Assembly: GCA_020048435.1 (NCBI GenBank)
Contig: JAIFMO010000131.1
Span: forward strand, 1 to 51,687
Source: Sulfuritalea sp.
GTDB taxonomy: Bacteria > Pseudomonadota > Gammaproteobacteria > Burkholderiales > Rhodocyclaceae
DNA: 51,687 bases
Direction of reading: 5' to 3'
Of the stretch, positions 1 to 12,429 are shown in pieces. Within the stretch, counting starts at the first letter, position 1, and each line of letters starts with the position of its first letter. The position numbers and the translations under genes are program-made. A model generated the notes under the pieces. That model was not told the origin of the DNA and ran no database searches. It worked only from the letters and a program-made list of their open reading frames with translations.

Positions 1-2
1 TG

Positions 3-758
3 ATGGCGCTCTGGATGCTGACGCTGGCGGCGCTGCCAGCGGACGACGATCACGCCTTTGGCCACGGCAAGGCCGAGTATTTCTCCAGCGCTTTCGAAGG
101 TTTCCTGATCCTGTTGGCAGCGTTCAGTATCGGCTATACCGCGATAGTACGTTTCATGAACCCTCAACCGCTTGAAGCCGTCGGAATCGGCTTACTGGTC
201 TCGGTGCTTGCCTCCGTGATCAATCTGGCCACGGCCCGCATCCTGATGCGGGTCGGACGTGAGCGCAATTCGATCACGCTGGAAGCCGATGCGCATCACC
301 TGATGACCGATGTGTGGACTTCGGCGGGGGTGATTGGTGGTGTCGGCCTGGTCTGGTTTACCGGCTGGCTCTGGCTCGATCCCGTCATCGCCTTGCTGGT
401 GGCGGCGAACATCGTCTGGACTGGTTGGCAGCTCATGCGGCGCTCGGCCGATGGTTTGATGGACATTTCCCTGCCTGACGACAAACTGGCGCAAATAGAA
501 ACGGTGTTGGCCGGATATCGCGCGCAGGAACTGGATTTCCATGCCTTGCGCACCCGTCAGGCCGGTAGCCGCGCCTTCATTACCCTGCATGTTCTGGTGC
601 CAGGGCAGTGGACGGTGCAGCAGGGTCACGACTGGGCGGAGCGTATCGAGGCGGATATCCGTCGCGCCTTGCCTAATTCGCACGTCACCACCCATCTGGA
701 GCCGTTGGAAGATCCGCTGTCAATGATTGATCAGGAACTTGATCGACCGCCGCATTGA
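3..758 (+). CDS. Cation diffusion facilitator (CDF/FieF-like) transporter, 5' end truncated by window edge
   Basis: [30 protein letters not shown] and C-terminal HxEP dimerisation domain are CDF signatures; multiple TM helices. Confidence 0.92.
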   Translation: MALWMLTLAALPADDDHAFGHGKAEYFSSAFEGFLILLAAFSIGYTAIVRFMNPQPLEAVGIGLLVSVLASVINLATARILMRVGRERNSITLEADAHHLMTDVWTSAGVIGGVGLVWFTGWLWLDPVIALLVAANIVWTGWQLMRRSADGLMDISLPDDKLAQIETVLAGYRAQELDFHALRTRQAGSRAFITLHVLVPGQWTVQQGHDWAERIEADIRRALPNSHVTTHLEPLEDPLSMIDQELDRPPH

Positions 759-770
759 ACCTTGATTTGG

Positions 771-2361
771 TTACATTGCCTGATAGATCGGGCCTTCGCC
801 GCCTTGCGGGGCGACCCAGTTGATGTTTTGCGTCGGGTCCTTGATGTCGCAGGTCTTGCAGTGCAGACAATTCTGCGCGTTGATCTGTAGCATGGGCGCG
901 TCGCCACCGGCGAGGTCGCGAACGATCTCATAGACGCCGGCCGGGCAATAGCGTTGCTCGGGCGCATCGTAGATAGCAAGATTGACGCGGATTGCCGTGT
1001 CGCTAGCGCCGAGTTTTAGATGGCAGGGCTGATTTTCTTCGTGGTGGGTATTGGAGAGAAAGACCGAGGACAGGCGGTCGAAGCTGAGCACGCCGTCGGG
1101 TTTGGGGTAGGCGATGGGCGTGCACTGCGCGGCGGGCTTGAGCTTGGCGTGGTCGGCGGCGGGGTTAAGGGCGAGCGTCCAAGGGGCGCGGCCGCGTAGC
1201 AGCAATTGGTCGATGCCGAACATGAGCGAGCCGAGGGGGAGCCCCTTGTTCATCCACGGCTTGAAGTTGCGCGCTGTGAAATGCTCGTCGTAAAGCCATG
1301 ATTCGCGAAATTTTTCCGGGTAGGCCGAGAGTGTGTCGCCGCCGCGACCGGCGGCCAGCGCCGCATGTGCGGCTTCCGCTGCCAGCATGCCGGACTTGAT
1401 CGCCGCGTGCGAACCTTTGCTGCGTGAGGCGACGAGAATGCCGCCGTCTTCGCCGATCAGCGCACCGCCGGGAAATACCAGTTCGGGCAGCGCCTGCAAG
1501 CCGCCGGCGACCAGTGCGCGGGCACCGAAAGAGATGCGCTTGCCGCCGAGCAGGATTTCGCGCAGTGCCGGGTGGGTTTTCAGGCGCTGGAATTCCTCGA
1601 AGGGCGACAGGTGGGGATTGCGGTAGCCAAGACCGACGACCATGCCGACGGCGACGAGATTATCGGCGCTCGTTGAACTGTATTGGTAGCAAAAGCCGCC
1701 GCCATACGTGTCGAAGTCCAGCGGCCAACCGGCGGTATGCATGACGAGGCCCGCCTGGTGCTGCTCCGCCGGCACCGCCCACAATTCCTTGAGACCGATG
1801 GCGTAAGTTTGCGGTTGCGAATGACGACACAGATCGAAGCGGGCTTCAAGCTGCTTGCCCAGATGGCCGCGACAGCCCTCGGCGAACAGGGTGTATTTCG
1901 CCCACAGTTCCATGCCTGGCTGATGGTTGGGGCCTGGTTGGCCGTTGCGTTCGATGCCCATGTCGCCGGTGATCACGCCCTTGACGGCGCCACTTTCGTC
2001 GTAAAGCACCTCGGCGCCGGCAAAGCCCGGATAGATTTCGACGCCCAGCTTCTCGGCTTCCGATGCCAGCCAGCGGCAAAAGAGACCGAGACTGATGACA
2101 TAGTTGCCTTCGTTTGTGAAACAGGCGGGTAGCAAGGCCGTGGGCAGGGCGAGGCTGCCGCTGGCCGTGAGGATCAGGAAACGATCTTCGCTCACTGGCG
2201 TGTCGAGTGGTGCATCCCTTTCCTGCCAGTCGGGGATCAGTTCGTTCAACGCTCGTGGGTCCATCACCGCGCCGGAAAGAATATGGGCGCCAATTTCGGC
2301 ACCTTTTTCGATCAGGCAGACCGTGCATGCCGGGTCGAGTTGCTTGAGGCGGATCTTGCAT
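771..2361 (-). pseudogene. Electron transfer flavoprotein-ubiquinone oxidoreductase (ETF-QO); N-terminal FAD-binding segment missing and frameshifted as given
   Basis: ORF 771..2267 is clear ETF-QO (AKYTLFAEGCRGHL, YCPAGVYE, NCLHCKTCDIKDP). Upstream the frame reads IRLKQLDPACTVCLIEKGAEIGAHILSGAVMDP, but ATG CAA G at 2361 joins ATC CGC CTC out of frame, so the GxGxxG motif is absent. Confidence 0.8.
993..1017 (+). repeat. Dispersed 26-bp motif, degenerate copy inside ETF-QO
   Basis: TGCCGTGTCGCTAGCGCCGAGTTTT versus consensus TGCCGTACCGCTAGCGCCGACTTTTT. Confidence 0.75.
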
Positions 2362-2402
2362 TGTGTTCTGACCTGTCACTCGGGACGCGCATGGCGGGAG
2401 TC

Positions 2403-2428
2403 TGCCGTACCGCTAGCGCCGACTTTTT
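2403..2428 (+). repeat. Dispersed 26-bp motif, perfect copy (intergenic)
   Basis: TGCCGTACCGCTAGCGCCGACTTTTT, identical to 10404 and 33607. Confidence 0.92.
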
Positions 2429-2457
2429 GAGAATTGTGGCTGCGTTGGCAGGGGATA

Positions 2458-2931
2458 TTACAGCCGCCAGGCCAGCATTTCGTCGGCGCTGCGCAGACGT
2501 TCCGACAGCACGCCGGCGATGTTGCGATAGACCTTGAGGCCGATTTCCGGCTTGGCCTGGAAGGCCTTGTCATCGAGCCGCACCAGTATGCAGAAAGTGA
2601 TGGCGCTGACGGTGGCGCTGCGGGTTTCGTTGTCGAGCAGGGCCATTTCGCCGAAGCTGTCGGGGGCGCCGAGCCGCGCCAGTTCGACCTCGCCGTCGCG
2701 GCCGCGCTTGGTCACGCGGGCCTCGCCATCGAGGATGATGTACATGTGCGGCCCGGTATTGCCTTCCTTGACGATGGCGGTGCCGGGGTCGAAGGTGCAC
2801 TTTTCGGCACGAGAGAGAATCTCGCCGATCTCCGCTGGCGCCAGGCCGCGAAAGGCCTTGACCTTTTCCGCCAGTTTGAACAGCAGGCGTTGCAGGTCGT
2901 GGAAGGTGAATTGCTCGCGAATCCAGCTCAT
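2458..2931 (-). CDS. Stand-alone cyclic nucleotide-binding domain protein
   Basis: cNMP domain pattern: IVKEGNTG..MYIILDGEARV..LG..DSFGEMALLD...RSATVSA; no HTH. Confidence 0.88.
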   Translation of the reverse strand: MSWIREQFTFHDLQRLLFKLAEKVKAFRGLAPAEIGEILSRAEKCTFDPGTAIVKEGNTGPHMYIILDGEARVTKRGRDGEVELARLGAPDSFGEMALLDNETRSATVSAITFCILVRLDDKAFQAKPEIGLKVYRNIAGVLSERLRSADEMLAWRL

Positions 2932-2963
2932 ATCTTTATACCGGCTCCTTCATGCCCATGGGC

Positions 2964-5500
2964 TCAAACTCTAAGCACTTCCAGTAACTCCTGCTCCAGT
3001 CGCACCAATGTCGCGGTATTGGCGAGTTCGGCGCCGCTCAGGACGAAAGTATCCTCCACCCGCTCGCCCAGTGTCGATATTTTCGCCGCCTGAACGTCGA
3101 TGCCATGCTGGCACAGTACGCGCGAGATGGCGTAGAGCAGGCCCGGGCGGTCGATGGCAGCGATCGACATGATGAAGTTGCTGCCTTTTTCGTCGGGGCG
3201 GATGTCGATTTCGGGCGAGAAAGGAAAATGTCTGACCTGGCGCGAGAGCCGGCCTGTCGTGGGAGCGGCCAGCGGCGGCGGCGACTTGAGTTGTTCGACA
3301 AGGTCGTGTTCGATCAGGGCAATCATGTCCCGATACGGCAATTGGCCGGAGGGATCGAGCAGGACGAAGCTGTCGAGGGCATAGCCATTGCGCACGGTAT
3401 GGATCTTGGCTTCGGCGATGGAGTAGCCCAGCCGCGAAAAGAAGCCGCAAAGGCGGGCGAACAGTTCACTTTGCCCGGCGATATAAACCATGACTTGCAG
3501 TCCCTCGCCGAAGGGGTTGAGCCGCGCCTTCACCACGGGTTCGGCGCCAGCATGAAGTAGGCGGTGTCGAGTTGTTGCCAGAGATTGATTTCGATACCGG
3601 GTCGCAGGCCGTGAAAGCGCAGCATGCCGCGCGCCTCTTCCTGCCGCGCGGCGAGGCCGGCGGCGGGCGGCGGGGCGTCGCCCTGCAGCACGCGCATACC
3701 GGCGCGGAAGAGGTCTTCCAGCAGTTTGCCCTTCCAGGCGTTCCATACCTTGGGGCTGGTGCCGCGGATGTCGGCGACGGTGAGCAGATAAAGCGCGATC
3801 ATTCGCCGCGGCGTGGCGACCGTCCTGGCGAAGTTGCGGATCACCTCGGGGTCAGCCAGATCCTGCTTCTGGGCCACAGCCGACATGGTGAGGTGATGCT
3901 CGACCAAAAAGGCGATCAGGTCAGCATCGTCGTCGGCAATGCCGTGTTCGTAACAGAAGCGGCAGGCATCGGCCACGCCGAGCTTCGAATGGTCGCCGCC
4001 ACGGCCCTTGGCGATGTCGTGGAAGAGGGCGGCGATGTAAATGACCCATGGGCGCTCGAAGCCGGCGGCGAGGCGCGAGCAGAACGGATATTCGTGGGCG
4101 AATTCGGGCAGGGTGAAGCGCCGCAGGTTGCGTAGCACCTGAATGATGTGCTGGTCGACCGTGTAGACGTGAAACAGGTCGTGCTGCATCTGGCCGACGA
4201 CGCGGCCAAAGGCCGGCAGGTAGTGGCCGAGAATGTCGTACTGGTTCATGCGGCGCACTTCATGAGTGAGGCCGCGTTTTTGCTGGAATATCTTGAGGAA
4301 GAGGGCGCGGTTGGCCGGGTCGCGGCGGAAAGCCGTATCGATGCGGGTGCGGGCCAGCCACAGCGCGCGCAACGTGCGCGCCGTCATGCCCTTGAGTTCG
4401 TGGCGCTGCTCCATCAGCAGGAAGCTTTCGAGGATGGCGCGCGGCTCGCGTTCGAACAGCGTCTCGTCGCGCACGTCGAGCAGTTCCCGCACCATCTGGA
4501 AGTGTTCGTTGATGACGATGGGCGGCGCGGGCGGGGTCGCATCGATTTCGCTGGCAAGATTTTGCAGCACCAGGGTATTGAGTTGGGTGACCAGCTTGGC
4601 GTTGCGGTAGTAATGCTGCATCAGCACTTCGGACGCACGCCGGCTGCGGGTGGCGACGATGCCGGCGGCGCTGGCCAGCGCCTCTTGATGTTCGAACAGC
4701 AGACGATCTTCGCGCCGCCGCGTCAGCAGGTGCAGGCGGCAGCGAATCTCGCGCAGGTTTTCTTCGGCGCGGGCAAGTTGGCGGGCCTCGGTGGCGGTGA
4801 CCACGTTGCGGCGCAGCAAGGCCGTCCAGGTGTCGCCCAGTCGTGCCGCGTGTGCCGCCCACAGAATGATCTGGAGGTCGCGGAGGCCGCCGGGGCTTTC
4901 TTTCGTGTTGGGTTCGAGGCTATAGGGCGTTTCGTTGAAGCGGGCGTAGCGGCCGGCCTGCTCCAGTTGTTTGGCGCGAAAGAAGGCAACCGGGTCGAGG
5001 TGCTCAAGAAAGGTACGGCTGAAATGCTCGAACAGTGACTTTTTGCCGCAAAGGAAACGCGCTTCGAGCAGGGACGTTTGCACCGTGATGTCTTGCTCGG
5101 CCTGGGCAATGCACTCAGGCACGCTGCGCACGCTTTGGCCGATTTCAAGGCCGATGTCCCACAGCAGGCCGATGAGTTGTTCGAGGCATTGCTTGTGGCC
5201 GGCGGCGAAATCGTCGTTCCGGGCGAGGATCAGGATGTCGACATCCGAGGCGGGATAAAGCTCGCCCCGGCCGTAGCCGCCCACCGCCGCCAGCGCCAGT
5301 TCGGCGGGCAGGCCAAGTTGCCGCCAGGTGTCGCGGAGAACGCCGTCGACCAATTGTGCGCGGCCGAGCAGCATGCGACGGGCGTTGTTGTCGGCGTCGA
5401 AGGCCAGCCGCAGCCTGGCCTGGCCTTCCTGTAGGCGCAGCTTTAGGGCGGCGGCGAGCGCACGCGTATCAATCGGCGCGGGTTCGGTCAGTTGCGGCAA
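2964..5500 (-). pseudogene. glnD: [Protein-PII] uridylyltransferase GlnD, split by a frameshifting deletion near 3550
   Basis: NT domain AVGGYGRGELYPASDVD, KESPGGLRDLQ, HD domain (HDIAKGRGGDHS); ACT domains lie in a different frame (ORF ending 2964). Junction ...LDTAYFM|AEPVVKARL lacks the usual RH..EIAWH segment. TTG start at 5500 chosen from upstream GAGGA. Confidence 0.88.
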
Positions 5501-5532
5501 TTTGACGTCCTCGCTTACCTGAAGGAAGTCGG

Positions 5533-6336
5533 TCAAGGGAGACCGGCGGGTTTGGGCTGCGCGCCAGCTGACAGCGTCAGCACCTCGTAGCCGGTCGCGG
5601 TGACGGCAATGGTGTGTTCCCACTGCGCCGACAGGCTGCGGTCTTTAGTGACGATGGTCCAGCCGTCGGGCAGTTCGGAAATCGCCGCCTTGCCAGCGTT
5701 GATCATCGGTTCGATGGTGAAGACCATGCCGGTTTCCAGTCGTGGCCCGTCGCCACGCTTGCCGTAGTGCAGCACCTGCGGCTCTTCGTGGAAGTGGCGG
5801 CCGATGCCGTGGCCGCAGAATTCCTTCACTACGGAGTACCCGTTCTTCTCGGCGTGACGCTGAATGGCGGCGCCGACGTCGCCCAGATGTCCGCCAGGCT
5901 TCACCGCTGAAATGCCGACCCAAAGACATTCGTGCGTGATGGCAACCAGGCGCCTGGCCAGGATCGATACCTCGCCGCCCACCAGGAACATGCGACTGGT
6001 GTCGCCGTGCCAGCCATCCTTGATGGTGGTTATGTCGAGGTTGACAATGTCGCCCTTCTTCAGCGGACGGTCGTTGGGAACGCCATGACAGACCTGATGG
6101 TTGATCGAAGCGCAGATCGACTTGGGGTAGGGCTGATAGCCTGGCGGGGCGTAGTTGAGCGGCGCCGGCACGCAATCCTGAATATTTACCATGTAATCAT
6201 GGCAGAGCTTGTCAAGTTCGGCGCTGCTGATGCCGGGCTTGACGAAAGGTTCGATGTAATCGAGCACCTCGCCGGCAAGACGGCCGGCAACGCGCATTTT
6301 TTCGATATCTTCGGGGGATTTGATGGTGATGCTCAT
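5533..6336 (-). CDS. map: Methionine aminopeptidase type I
   Basis: SICASINHQVCHGVP, DGWHGDTSR, GHGIG..FHEEP, TIEPMIN, SAQWEHT. Confidence 0.98.
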   Translation of the reverse strand: MSITIKSPEDIEKMRVAGRLAGEVLDYIEPFVKPGISSAELDKLCHDYMVNIQDCVPAPLNYAPPGYQPYPKSICASINHQVCHGVPNDRPLKKGDIVNLDITTIKDGWHGDTSRMFLVGGEVSILARRLVAITHECLWVGISAVKPGGHLGDVGAAIQRHAEKNGYSVVKEFCGHGIGRHFHEEPQVLHYGKRGDGPRLETGMVFTIEPMINAGKAAISELPDGWTIVTKDRSLSAQWEHTIAVTATGYEVLTLSAGAQPKPAGLP

Positions 6337-6398
6337 GGGCGATCCAGGAAAACGTTCGCGGCGATTCTAACCGCTGCCGCGCCTAATTTCGCCTGCCC

Positions 6399-6428
6399 TT
6401 GAGCAGGAGCGGGGCTTGCGGCTATAAT
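6399..6428 (+). promoter_or_regulatory. Sigma70 promoter of rpsB-tsf
   Basis: TTGAGC-N18-TATAAT followed by a GC-rich discriminator GCGCGGC. Confidence 0.65.
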
Positions 6429-6435
6429 GCGCGGC

Positions 6436-6540
6436 TTGTTTGGAGCGGGGAACCCCTTTCCGGACAAAATCCACACGCTCGGCGCCGATTGGGTGACTTC
6501 TTTTTGAAGCTGCACGGCCGGGCGGAGGTTTAACCCAACT
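6436..6540 (+). ncRNA. rpsB 5' leader (t44/S2-leader-like autoregulatory RNA); boundaries approximate
   Basis: Position upstream of rpsB plus conserved-looking elements CCACAC...GGGTG...GGAGG-TTTAACCC. Confidence 0.6.
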
Positions 6541-6552
6541 CGGAGATAATCC

Positions 6553-7308
6553 ATGAGCACTACCATGCGCCAGATGCTGGAGGCCGGCGTCCATTTCGGT
6601 CACCAGACCCGTTTCTGGAACCCCAAAATGGCCCCGTACATTTTCGGCCATCGCAACAAGATTCACATCATCAACCTTGAAAAGACCCTGGCCAAGTACA
6701 ACGAGGCCATGAGTTTCATCAAAAAGCTGGTTGCCAAGAAAGGCACCATCCTTTTCGTTAGCACCAAACGTCAAGCCCGCGAGATTCTCGCCGAAGAGGC
6801 CCGCCGCGCCGGCATGCCTTATGTTGACGAGCGCTGGCTCGGCGGCATGCTGACAAACTTCAAGACCGTCAAGCAGTCGATCAAGCGCCTGAAGGATCTG
6901 GAACAGATGACCGAAGATGGTTCGATCGAGCGTCTGTCGAAGAAGGAAGCGCTGATGACGAGTCGCGAGATGGTGAAGCTGCAAAAATCCATCGGCGGCA
7001 TCAAGGACATGGCCGGCCTGCCCGATGCCATCTTCGTCATCGATGTCGGTTATCACAAGATCGCCATCACTGAAGCCACCAAGCTTGGCATTCCTGTCAT
7101 TGGCATTGTCGATACCAACCATTCGCCTCTGGGTATCAGTCATGTGATTCCCGGTAACGACGACTCCTCGCGCGCCATCCGCCTTTATGCCCGCGGTGTG
7201 GCCGATACCATCCTTGAAGGCAAGAATCAGTCGCTGAACGACGTGGTGCAGCAGATGGCCGGCGACGATGAATTCGTCGAGGTCGAGGAAGAAGTAGTCG
7301 CAGCGTAA
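6553..7308 (+). CDS. rpsB: 30S ribosomal protein S2
   Basis: [40 protein letters not shown]. Confidence 0.99.
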   Translation: MSTTMRQMLEAGVHFGHQTRFWNPKMAPYIFGHRNKIHIINLEKTLAKYNEAMSFIKKLVAKKGTILFVSTKRQAREILAEEARRAGMPYVDERWLGGMLTNFKTVKQSIKRLKDLEQMTEDGSIERLSKKEALMTSREMVKLQKSIGGIKDMAGLPDAIFVIDVGYHKIAITEATKLGIPVIGIVDTNHSPLGISHVIPGNDDSSRAIRLYARGVADTILEGKNQSLNDVVQQMAGDDEFVEVEEEVVAA

Positions 7309-7321
7309 GCGAGAAAGAAAT

Positions 7322-7370
7322 CGCGGGGACGCGCGGTTTTGTACCGAAGGGGTGCCTTTCCCCGCGTTTC
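7322..7370 (+). terminator. Stem-loop between rpsB and tsf (weak terminator/attenuator candidate)
   Basis: CGCGGGGA (7322-7329) pairs with TCCCCGCG (7359-7366), followed by TTTC. Confidence 0.35.
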
Positions 7371-7422
7371 CGTGCAAGTGCTTTGTCCTGGTAATGAATG
7401 ATTTTTGATTCTGGAGTGGAAA

Positions 7423-8319
7423 ATGGCGGAAATTACCGCAAGCATGGTCAAGGAACTGCGCGAGAAAACCGACGCGCCGATGATGGAATGCAAGAAGGCG
7501 CTGACCGAAGCCGGTGGCGACATGGCCAAGGCGGATGAAATCCTCCGCGTGAAACTTGGCAACAAGGCCACCAAGGCCGCGACCCGCATTGCCGCCGAAG
7601 GCGTGGTCGGCATGTATATCTCAGCCGATGGCAAGCTTGGTGCCATGGTCGAGGTGAACTCCGAGACCGACTTCGTCGCCAAGAACGATGAATTCATCGC
7701 GATGGCCAAGGGGTGTGCGGAACTGGTTGCGGGCAAGTCCCCCGCTGATGTCGCGGCACTCTCCGCGTTGCCTATGGGCGAGGGCACTGTCGAGTCGACC
7801 CGCTCCGCGCTGGTCGGCAAGGTCGGCGAGAATATGGCAATCCGCCGGTTCGCGCGCATCGAGGCGAAGGGCAAACTGGCATCTTATGTTCACGGCGGCT
7901 CGAAGATCGGCGTGGTAGTCGATGTGGTCGGCGGGGACGATCAGTTGGCCAAAGATATTGCCATGCATGTCGCAGCCTCCAAGCCGAAGGCGCTGGACTC
8001 TTCGGGCGTGTCGGCCGAACTGCTCGATACCGAGCGTCGCATCGCCATCGAAAAGGCGCGTGAAGCGGGTAAGCCCGAGGCCATGCTGGAGAAAATTGCC
8101 GAAGGCACGGTGCAGAAGTACCTCAAGGACGTCACCCTGCTGGGCCAGATCTTCGTCAAGGCGGAAGATGGCAAGCAAACCATCGAACAACTGCTGAAGA
8201 GCAAGGGCGCTTCGGTGGCCGGTTTCACGCTGTACGTGGTGGGCGAGGGCATCGAGAAGAAGGTGAACGACTTCGCCGCCGAGGTGGCCGCCCAGACCGC
8301 CGCTGCCAAGAACATCTAG
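7423..8319 (+). CDS. tsf: Translation elongation factor Ts
   Basis: [36 protein letters not shown]. Confidence 0.99.
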   Translation: MAEITASMVKELREKTDAPMMECKKALTEAGGDMAKADEILRVKLGNKATKAATRIAAEGVVGMYISADGKLGAMVEVNSETDFVAKNDEFIAMAKGCAELVAGKSPADVAALSALPMGEGTVESTRSALVGKVGENMAIRRFARIEAKGKLASYVHGGSKIGVVVDVVGGDDQLAKDIAMHVAASKPKALDSSGVSAELLDTERRIAIEKAREAGKPEAMLEKIAEGTVQKYLKDVTLLGQIFVKAEDGKQTIEQLLKSKGASVAGFTLYVVGEGIEKKVNDFAAEVAAQTAAAKNI

Positions 8320-8333
8320 GCGGAAAAGCGTCC

Positions 8334-9056
8334 ATGCCAGCCGCCAACCCTCGTTACAAGCGCATTCTGCTCAAGCTTTCGGGCGAAGCGCTAATGGGCG
8401 GCGACGCCTACGGCATTAACCGCGAGACGCTGTCCGGCATCGTCGCCGAGGTCAAGGCCGTGGCCGACCTCGGTGTCGAAATCGGCGTGGTGATCGGCGG
8501 CGGCAACATCTTTCGCGGCATGGCTGGTGCATCCACCGGCATGGACCGCGCCACCGCCGACTACATGGGCATGCTGGCGACGGTAATGAACGCCATGGCG
8601 CTGTCCGATGCCATGCGCCAGGCGGGGCTTAACGGCCGCGTGCAGTCGGCGCTCAACATCGAGCAAGTGGTCGAGCCCTACATTCGCGGCAAGGCCATCC
8701 GCTATCTCGAAGAAGGCAAGATCGTCATCTTTGGTGGCGGCACCGGCAACCCGTTCTTCACTACCGATACCGCTGCCGCGCTGCGTGGCTCCGAGATCGG
8801 CGCCGACATCGTGCTCAAGGCCACCAAGGTTGATGGTGTCTATACGGCCGATCCGAAGAAAGACCCGGCCGCCACCCGTTTCGCCAAAATCAGTTTCGAC
8901 GAAGCCATCGGCCGCAATCTGGCGGTGATGGACGCCACGGCCTTCGCGCTGTGCCGCGACCAGAAACTGCCCATCAATGTTTTCTCGATCTTCAAGACCG
9001 GCGCCCTCAAGCGCGTGGTGATGGGCGAGGACGAAGGTACGCTCGTTCACGTCTAG
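8334..9056 (+). CDS. pyrH: UMP kinase
   Basis: [37 protein letters not shown]. Confidence 0.99.
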   Translation: MPAANPRYKRILLKLSGEALMGGDAYGINRETLSGIVAEVKAVADLGVEIGVVIGGGNIFRGMAGASTGMDRATADYMGMLATVMNAMALSDAMRQAGLNGRVQSALNIEQVVEPYIRGKAIRYLEEGKIVIFGGGTGNPFFTTDTAAALRGSEIGADIVLKATKVDGVYTADPKKDPAATRFAKISFDEAIGRNLAVMDATAFALCRDQKLPINVFSIFKTGALKRVVMGEDEGTLVHV

Positions 9057-9086
9057 TTTATGTCCGGGAACCCTCTGGAGTTTTCA

Positions 9087-9644
9087 ATGATTGCCGAGAC
9101 CAAAAAATCCGCCGAACAGAAAATGCTGAAGAGCCTGGAGGCACTGAAGCATGACCTCGCCAAGGTTCGCACCGGTCGTGCCCACACCGGCCTGCTCGAT
9201 CACCTTCAAGTCGATTACTACGGTTCGATGATGCCGATCAATCAGGTGGCGAATATCACGCTGATCGATTCCCGCACCATTGGCGTGCAGCCTTGGGAGA
9301 AGACCATGATCTCCAAGGTCGAGAAAGCCATCCGCGATGGCGACCTTGGCCTGAATCCGGCGACTCAAGGCGATGTGATCCGCGTGCCGATGCCGATGCT
9401 GACCGAGGAACGGCGCAAGGAGATGATCAAGCTCGTCAAGCACGAGGGCGAAAATGCCAAGATAGCCGTTCGCAATATTCGCCGCGACGCCATTGCCCAT
9501 CTCAAGGATGCGCTGAAAAAGAGCGAAATTTCGGAGGATGACGAGCGGCGTACCCAGGACGAAATCCAGAAGCTCACCGACAGGTACGTCGCCGAGGTGG
9601 ATAGGCAACTGGTCGAGAAGGAAAAGGACCTGATGGCCATCTGA
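9087..9644 (+). CDS. frr: Ribosome recycling factor
   Basis: [23 protein letters not shown]; ATG 9087 after GGAG. Confidence 0.98.
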   Translation: MIAETKKSAEQKMLKSLEALKHDLAKVRTGRAHTGLLDHLQVDYYGSMMPINQVANITLIDSRTIGVQPWEKTMISKVEKAIRDGDLGLNPATQGDVIRVPMPMLTEERRKEMIKLVKHEGENAKIAVRNIRRDAIAHLKDALKKSEISEDDERRTQDEIQKLTDRYVAEVDRQLVEKEKDLMAI

Positions 9645-9666
9645 CGGCCATCGGCGGCCGACAATC

Positions 9667-10464
9667 ATGGCATTTCTTAGCTCCACGCGGCAGATTCCAG
9701 CGGCACCGGCGGTACCGTGTCACGTGGCGGTCATCATGGATGGCAATGGCCGCTGGGCCAAGAAGCGCTTCCTGCCGCGCGTCGCCGGCCACAAGCGGGG
9801 TGTCGAGACCGTGCGCGCCATGGTCAAGGCCTGCATCGAGCGGGGCGTCGAGTTTCTGACCCTGTTCGCTTTCAGTTCTGAAAACTGGCGGCGCCCGCCC
9901 GACGAAGTTTCTTTCCTGATGAACCTGTTTGTCTCCGCGCTGGAGCAGGAGGCCGAACGGCTACATGCCAATGGCGTCCGCTTGCGCGTCGTCGGCGATG
10001 TGGCGGGCTTTGAGCAGCGCCTGCGCGATCTCATCGCGCGCTCTGAACAACTCACCGCCGCCAATACCAAACTCATCCTGACCGTGGCAGCCAACTACGG
10101 CGGGCGCTGGGACGTGCTGCAGGCCGTCAATCGCATGACGGCGGCGCTGCCCGAAAAACTGGGTAGCTATGGTGAGGAGGACCTTGCGCCGTATCTGGCT
10201 ATGGCTTATGCGCCTGAACCCGATCTATTCATCCGCACCGGCGGTGAAAAGCGTATCAGCAACTTCCTGATCTGGCAGTTGGCCTATACCGAGCTTTATT
10301 TCACCGATTTGCTTTGGCCGGAATTCAATGATGCCGCCTTCGATGCAGCCATTGCGTCGTACCAAGGACGCGAACGGCGTTTTGGCCGCACCAGCGAGCA
10401 ACTTGCCGTACCGCTAGCGCCGACTTTTTCGCCGACACCGGCAGACGACAAGAACAATGCTTAG
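9667..10464 (+). CDS. uppS: Undecaprenyl diphosphate synthase
   Basis: [40 protein letters not shown]. Confidence 0.98.
   Translation: MAFLSSTRQIPAAPAVPCHVAVIMDGNGRWAKKRFLPRVAGHKRGVETVRAMVKACIERGVEFLTLFAFSSENWRRPPDEVSFLMNLFVSALEQEAERLHANGVRLRVVGDVAGFEQRLRDLIARSEQLTAANTKLILTVAANYGGRWDVLQAVNRMTAALPEKLGSYGEEDLAPYLAMAYAPEPDLFIRTGGEKRISNFLIWQLAYTELYFTDLLWPEFNDAAFDAAIASYQGRERRFGRTSEQLAVPLAPTFSPTPADDKNNA
10404..10429 (+). repeat. Dispersed 26-bp motif, perfect copy in the uppS 3' coding tail
   Basis: TGCCGTACCGCTAGCGCCGACTTTTT, read as LAVPLAPTF. Confidence 0.92.
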
Positions 10465-11251
10465 AGCGCGGGTCATCACTGCGCTAATCCTTGTCGTCGG
10501 TTGGCTGATGGTGTTGTTCGCCGCTCCCTCGGCGGTGGTGGGGCTGGTCTTTGCGGCGGTGGTGGGGCTGGCTGCATGGGAATGGGCCGGGTTGATGAAG
10601 CTGGGCGCAACGGGCCGGGTGTTGTATGCGCTGGTGCTAGTCGCTGTCTGCGCGGTAATCCGCGACCCTGGCAAGACTTGGTTGCTGCTTTGGCTGACTT
10701 CGGCCGCTTTCTGGCTGATCGCGGCACCGCTCTGGCTGATGTACCGCTGGCGGGTCGCGGCGCTGCCTGCTGTTGGCGCGGCGGTCGGTGCCATCTTGCT
10801 GGTGCCAACCTGGGCCGCCATGATGGAACTTTATACCCGTAGCCCCTGGTGGCTTTTGGGGGTGATGGCGCTGATCTGGGTGGCGGACATCGGTGCCTAT
10901 TTTTCTGGTCGCGCTTTCGGCCGCCACAAGCTCGCTCCGGCCATCAGTCCTGGCAAGACATGGGAAGGTGTTGCCGGAGGATTTGGCGCCGTGGCGGTCT
11001 ATGTCGCGATTGTCGGCGCCGCGACGGGCCAAATTGCCGTTGCCGCCTGGCCCGCCGCAATATTCGCGGCCATCCTGCTGGCGGCTATCAGCATCGTCGG
11101 CGACCTGTTCGAATCGCTGTTCAAGCGACAGGCCGAGGTCAAGGACAGCAGCCATCTGCTGCCCGGACACGGCGGCATCCTCGACCGGATTGACAGCCTG
11201 ACGGCCGCATTGCCGTTGGCGGCATTGGCGACCATGGGAGTTGGATTATGA
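10457..11251 (+). CDS. cdsA: Phosphatidate cytidylyltransferase
   Basis: [37 protein letters not shown]. Confidence 0.97.
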   Translation: MLRARVITALILVVGWLMVLFAAPSAVVGLVFAAVVGLAAWEWAGLMKLGATGRVLYALVLVAVCAVIRDPGKTWLLLWLTSAAFWLIAAPLWLMYRWRVAALPAVGAAVGAILLVPTWAAMMELYTRSPWWLLGVMALIWVADIGAYFSGRAFGRHKLAPAISPGKTWEGVAGGFGAVAVYVAIVGAATGQIAVAAWPAAIFAAILLAAISIVGDLFESLFKRQAEVKDSSHLLPGHGGILDRIDSLTAALPLAALATMGVGL

Positions 11252-12429
11252 GGGTACAACGGCTGACCGTACTCGGCGCCACGGGTTCCATCGGCGTCAG
11301 CACGCTCGATGTCGTTGCGCGTCATCCCCAACGCTTCGAGGTAGTGGCGCTCACCGGCTATCGGCAGCTGGCCGTGCTGGCCGACCAGTGCCGCCGTTTC
11401 AAGCCGCGTTACGCGGTGGTCGGATCGTTGGCCGACGCCGAAAAACTGGCCGCGACATTGCGGGCAGAGGGTCTTTTAATCGAAGTGCTCGCGGGGCCGG
11501 AAGCACTGTGTCAAGTGGCCGTGCTGCCCGAGGTCGACGCGGTGATGGCGGCTATCGTCGGCGCGGCCGGCCTGCCGCCGACGCTGGCGGCGGTGTCCGC
11601 CGGCAAGCGTGTGCTGCTGGCCAACAAGGAAGCCCTGGTCATCGCCGGCAGCATCTTCATGAACGAGGTGAAGCGTGCCGGTGCCACGCTGTTACCCATT
11701 GACTCCGAACATAACGCCGTGTTCCAGTCGATGCCGGCCGGCTTTTCGGGCGACTTTGCCCGTCATGGCGTCAGTCGGATTCTATTGACCGCTTCGGGCG
11801 GACCGTTTCGTAACACGCCGCTGGCTCAGCTTGAAAACGTGACGCCTGAACAAGCCTGCGCCCATCCGAACTGGTCGATGGGGCGCAAGATTTCGGTCGA
11901 CTCGGCGACAATGATGAACAAGGGGCTCGAAGTGATCGAGGCGCGCTGGCTGTTCAATGCCACACCCGAGCAGATCGAGGTCGTGATTCATCCCCAGAGC
12001 GTGATCCACTCGCTGGTGCAGTATGTCGACGGCTCGGTAATGGCCCAGCTCGGCAACCCCGACATGCGCACGCCGATTGCCCATGCCTTGGCCTATCCGG
12101 AGCGCATCGAGGCGGGCGTGGCGCCGCTCGATCTCTTCTCGGTGGCCCAACTGAATTTCGAACGGCCCGATCTCGATCGGTTTCCCTGTCTGGCGCTGGC
12201 CTACCGCGCGTTGAAAGCGGGTGGCAACGCTCCGGCGGTGCTCAATGCCGCCAACGAGATCGCTGTCGAGGCGTTCCTGGACCGGCGCCTGCCCTTCGGG
12301 AAGATCGCGGCCGTGATCGCGGCGACGATGGATGCCATACCGGTCGTGGCCGCCGATGACCTGACGGCGGTGCTGGCGGCCGACGCAGCGGCCCGTATTG
12401 CAGCCTTGGCCTTGCTGCCGCAAGCATGA
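11248..12429 (+). CDS. dxr: 1-deoxy-D-xylulose 5-phosphate reductoisomerase
   Basis: [47 protein letters not shown]. Confidence 0.99.
   Translation: MRVQRLTVLGATGSIGVSTLDVVARHPQRFEVVALTGYRQLAVLADQCRRFKPRYAVVGSLADAEKLAATLRAEGLLIEVLAGPEALCQVAVLPEVDAVMAAIVGAAGLPPTLAAVSAGKRVLLANKEALVIAGSIFMNEVKRAGATLLPIDSEHNAVFQSMPAGFSGDFARHGVSRILLTASGGPFRNTPLAQLENVTPEQACAHPNWSMGRKISVDSATMMNKGLEVIEARWLFNATPEQIEVVIHPQSVIHSLVQYVDGSVMAQLGNPDMRTPIAHALAYPERIEAGVAPLDLFSVAQLNFERPDLDRFPCLALAYRALKAGGNAPAVLNAANEIAVEAFLDRRLPFGKIAAVIAATMDAIPVVAADDLTAVLAADAAARIAALALLPQA

Noticed and set aside
1400-1470. Divergent ETF-QO segment GEDGGILVASRSKG as a sign of new function
   Set aside because: It cannot be distinguished from decay or sequence error in a gene that is already disrupted.
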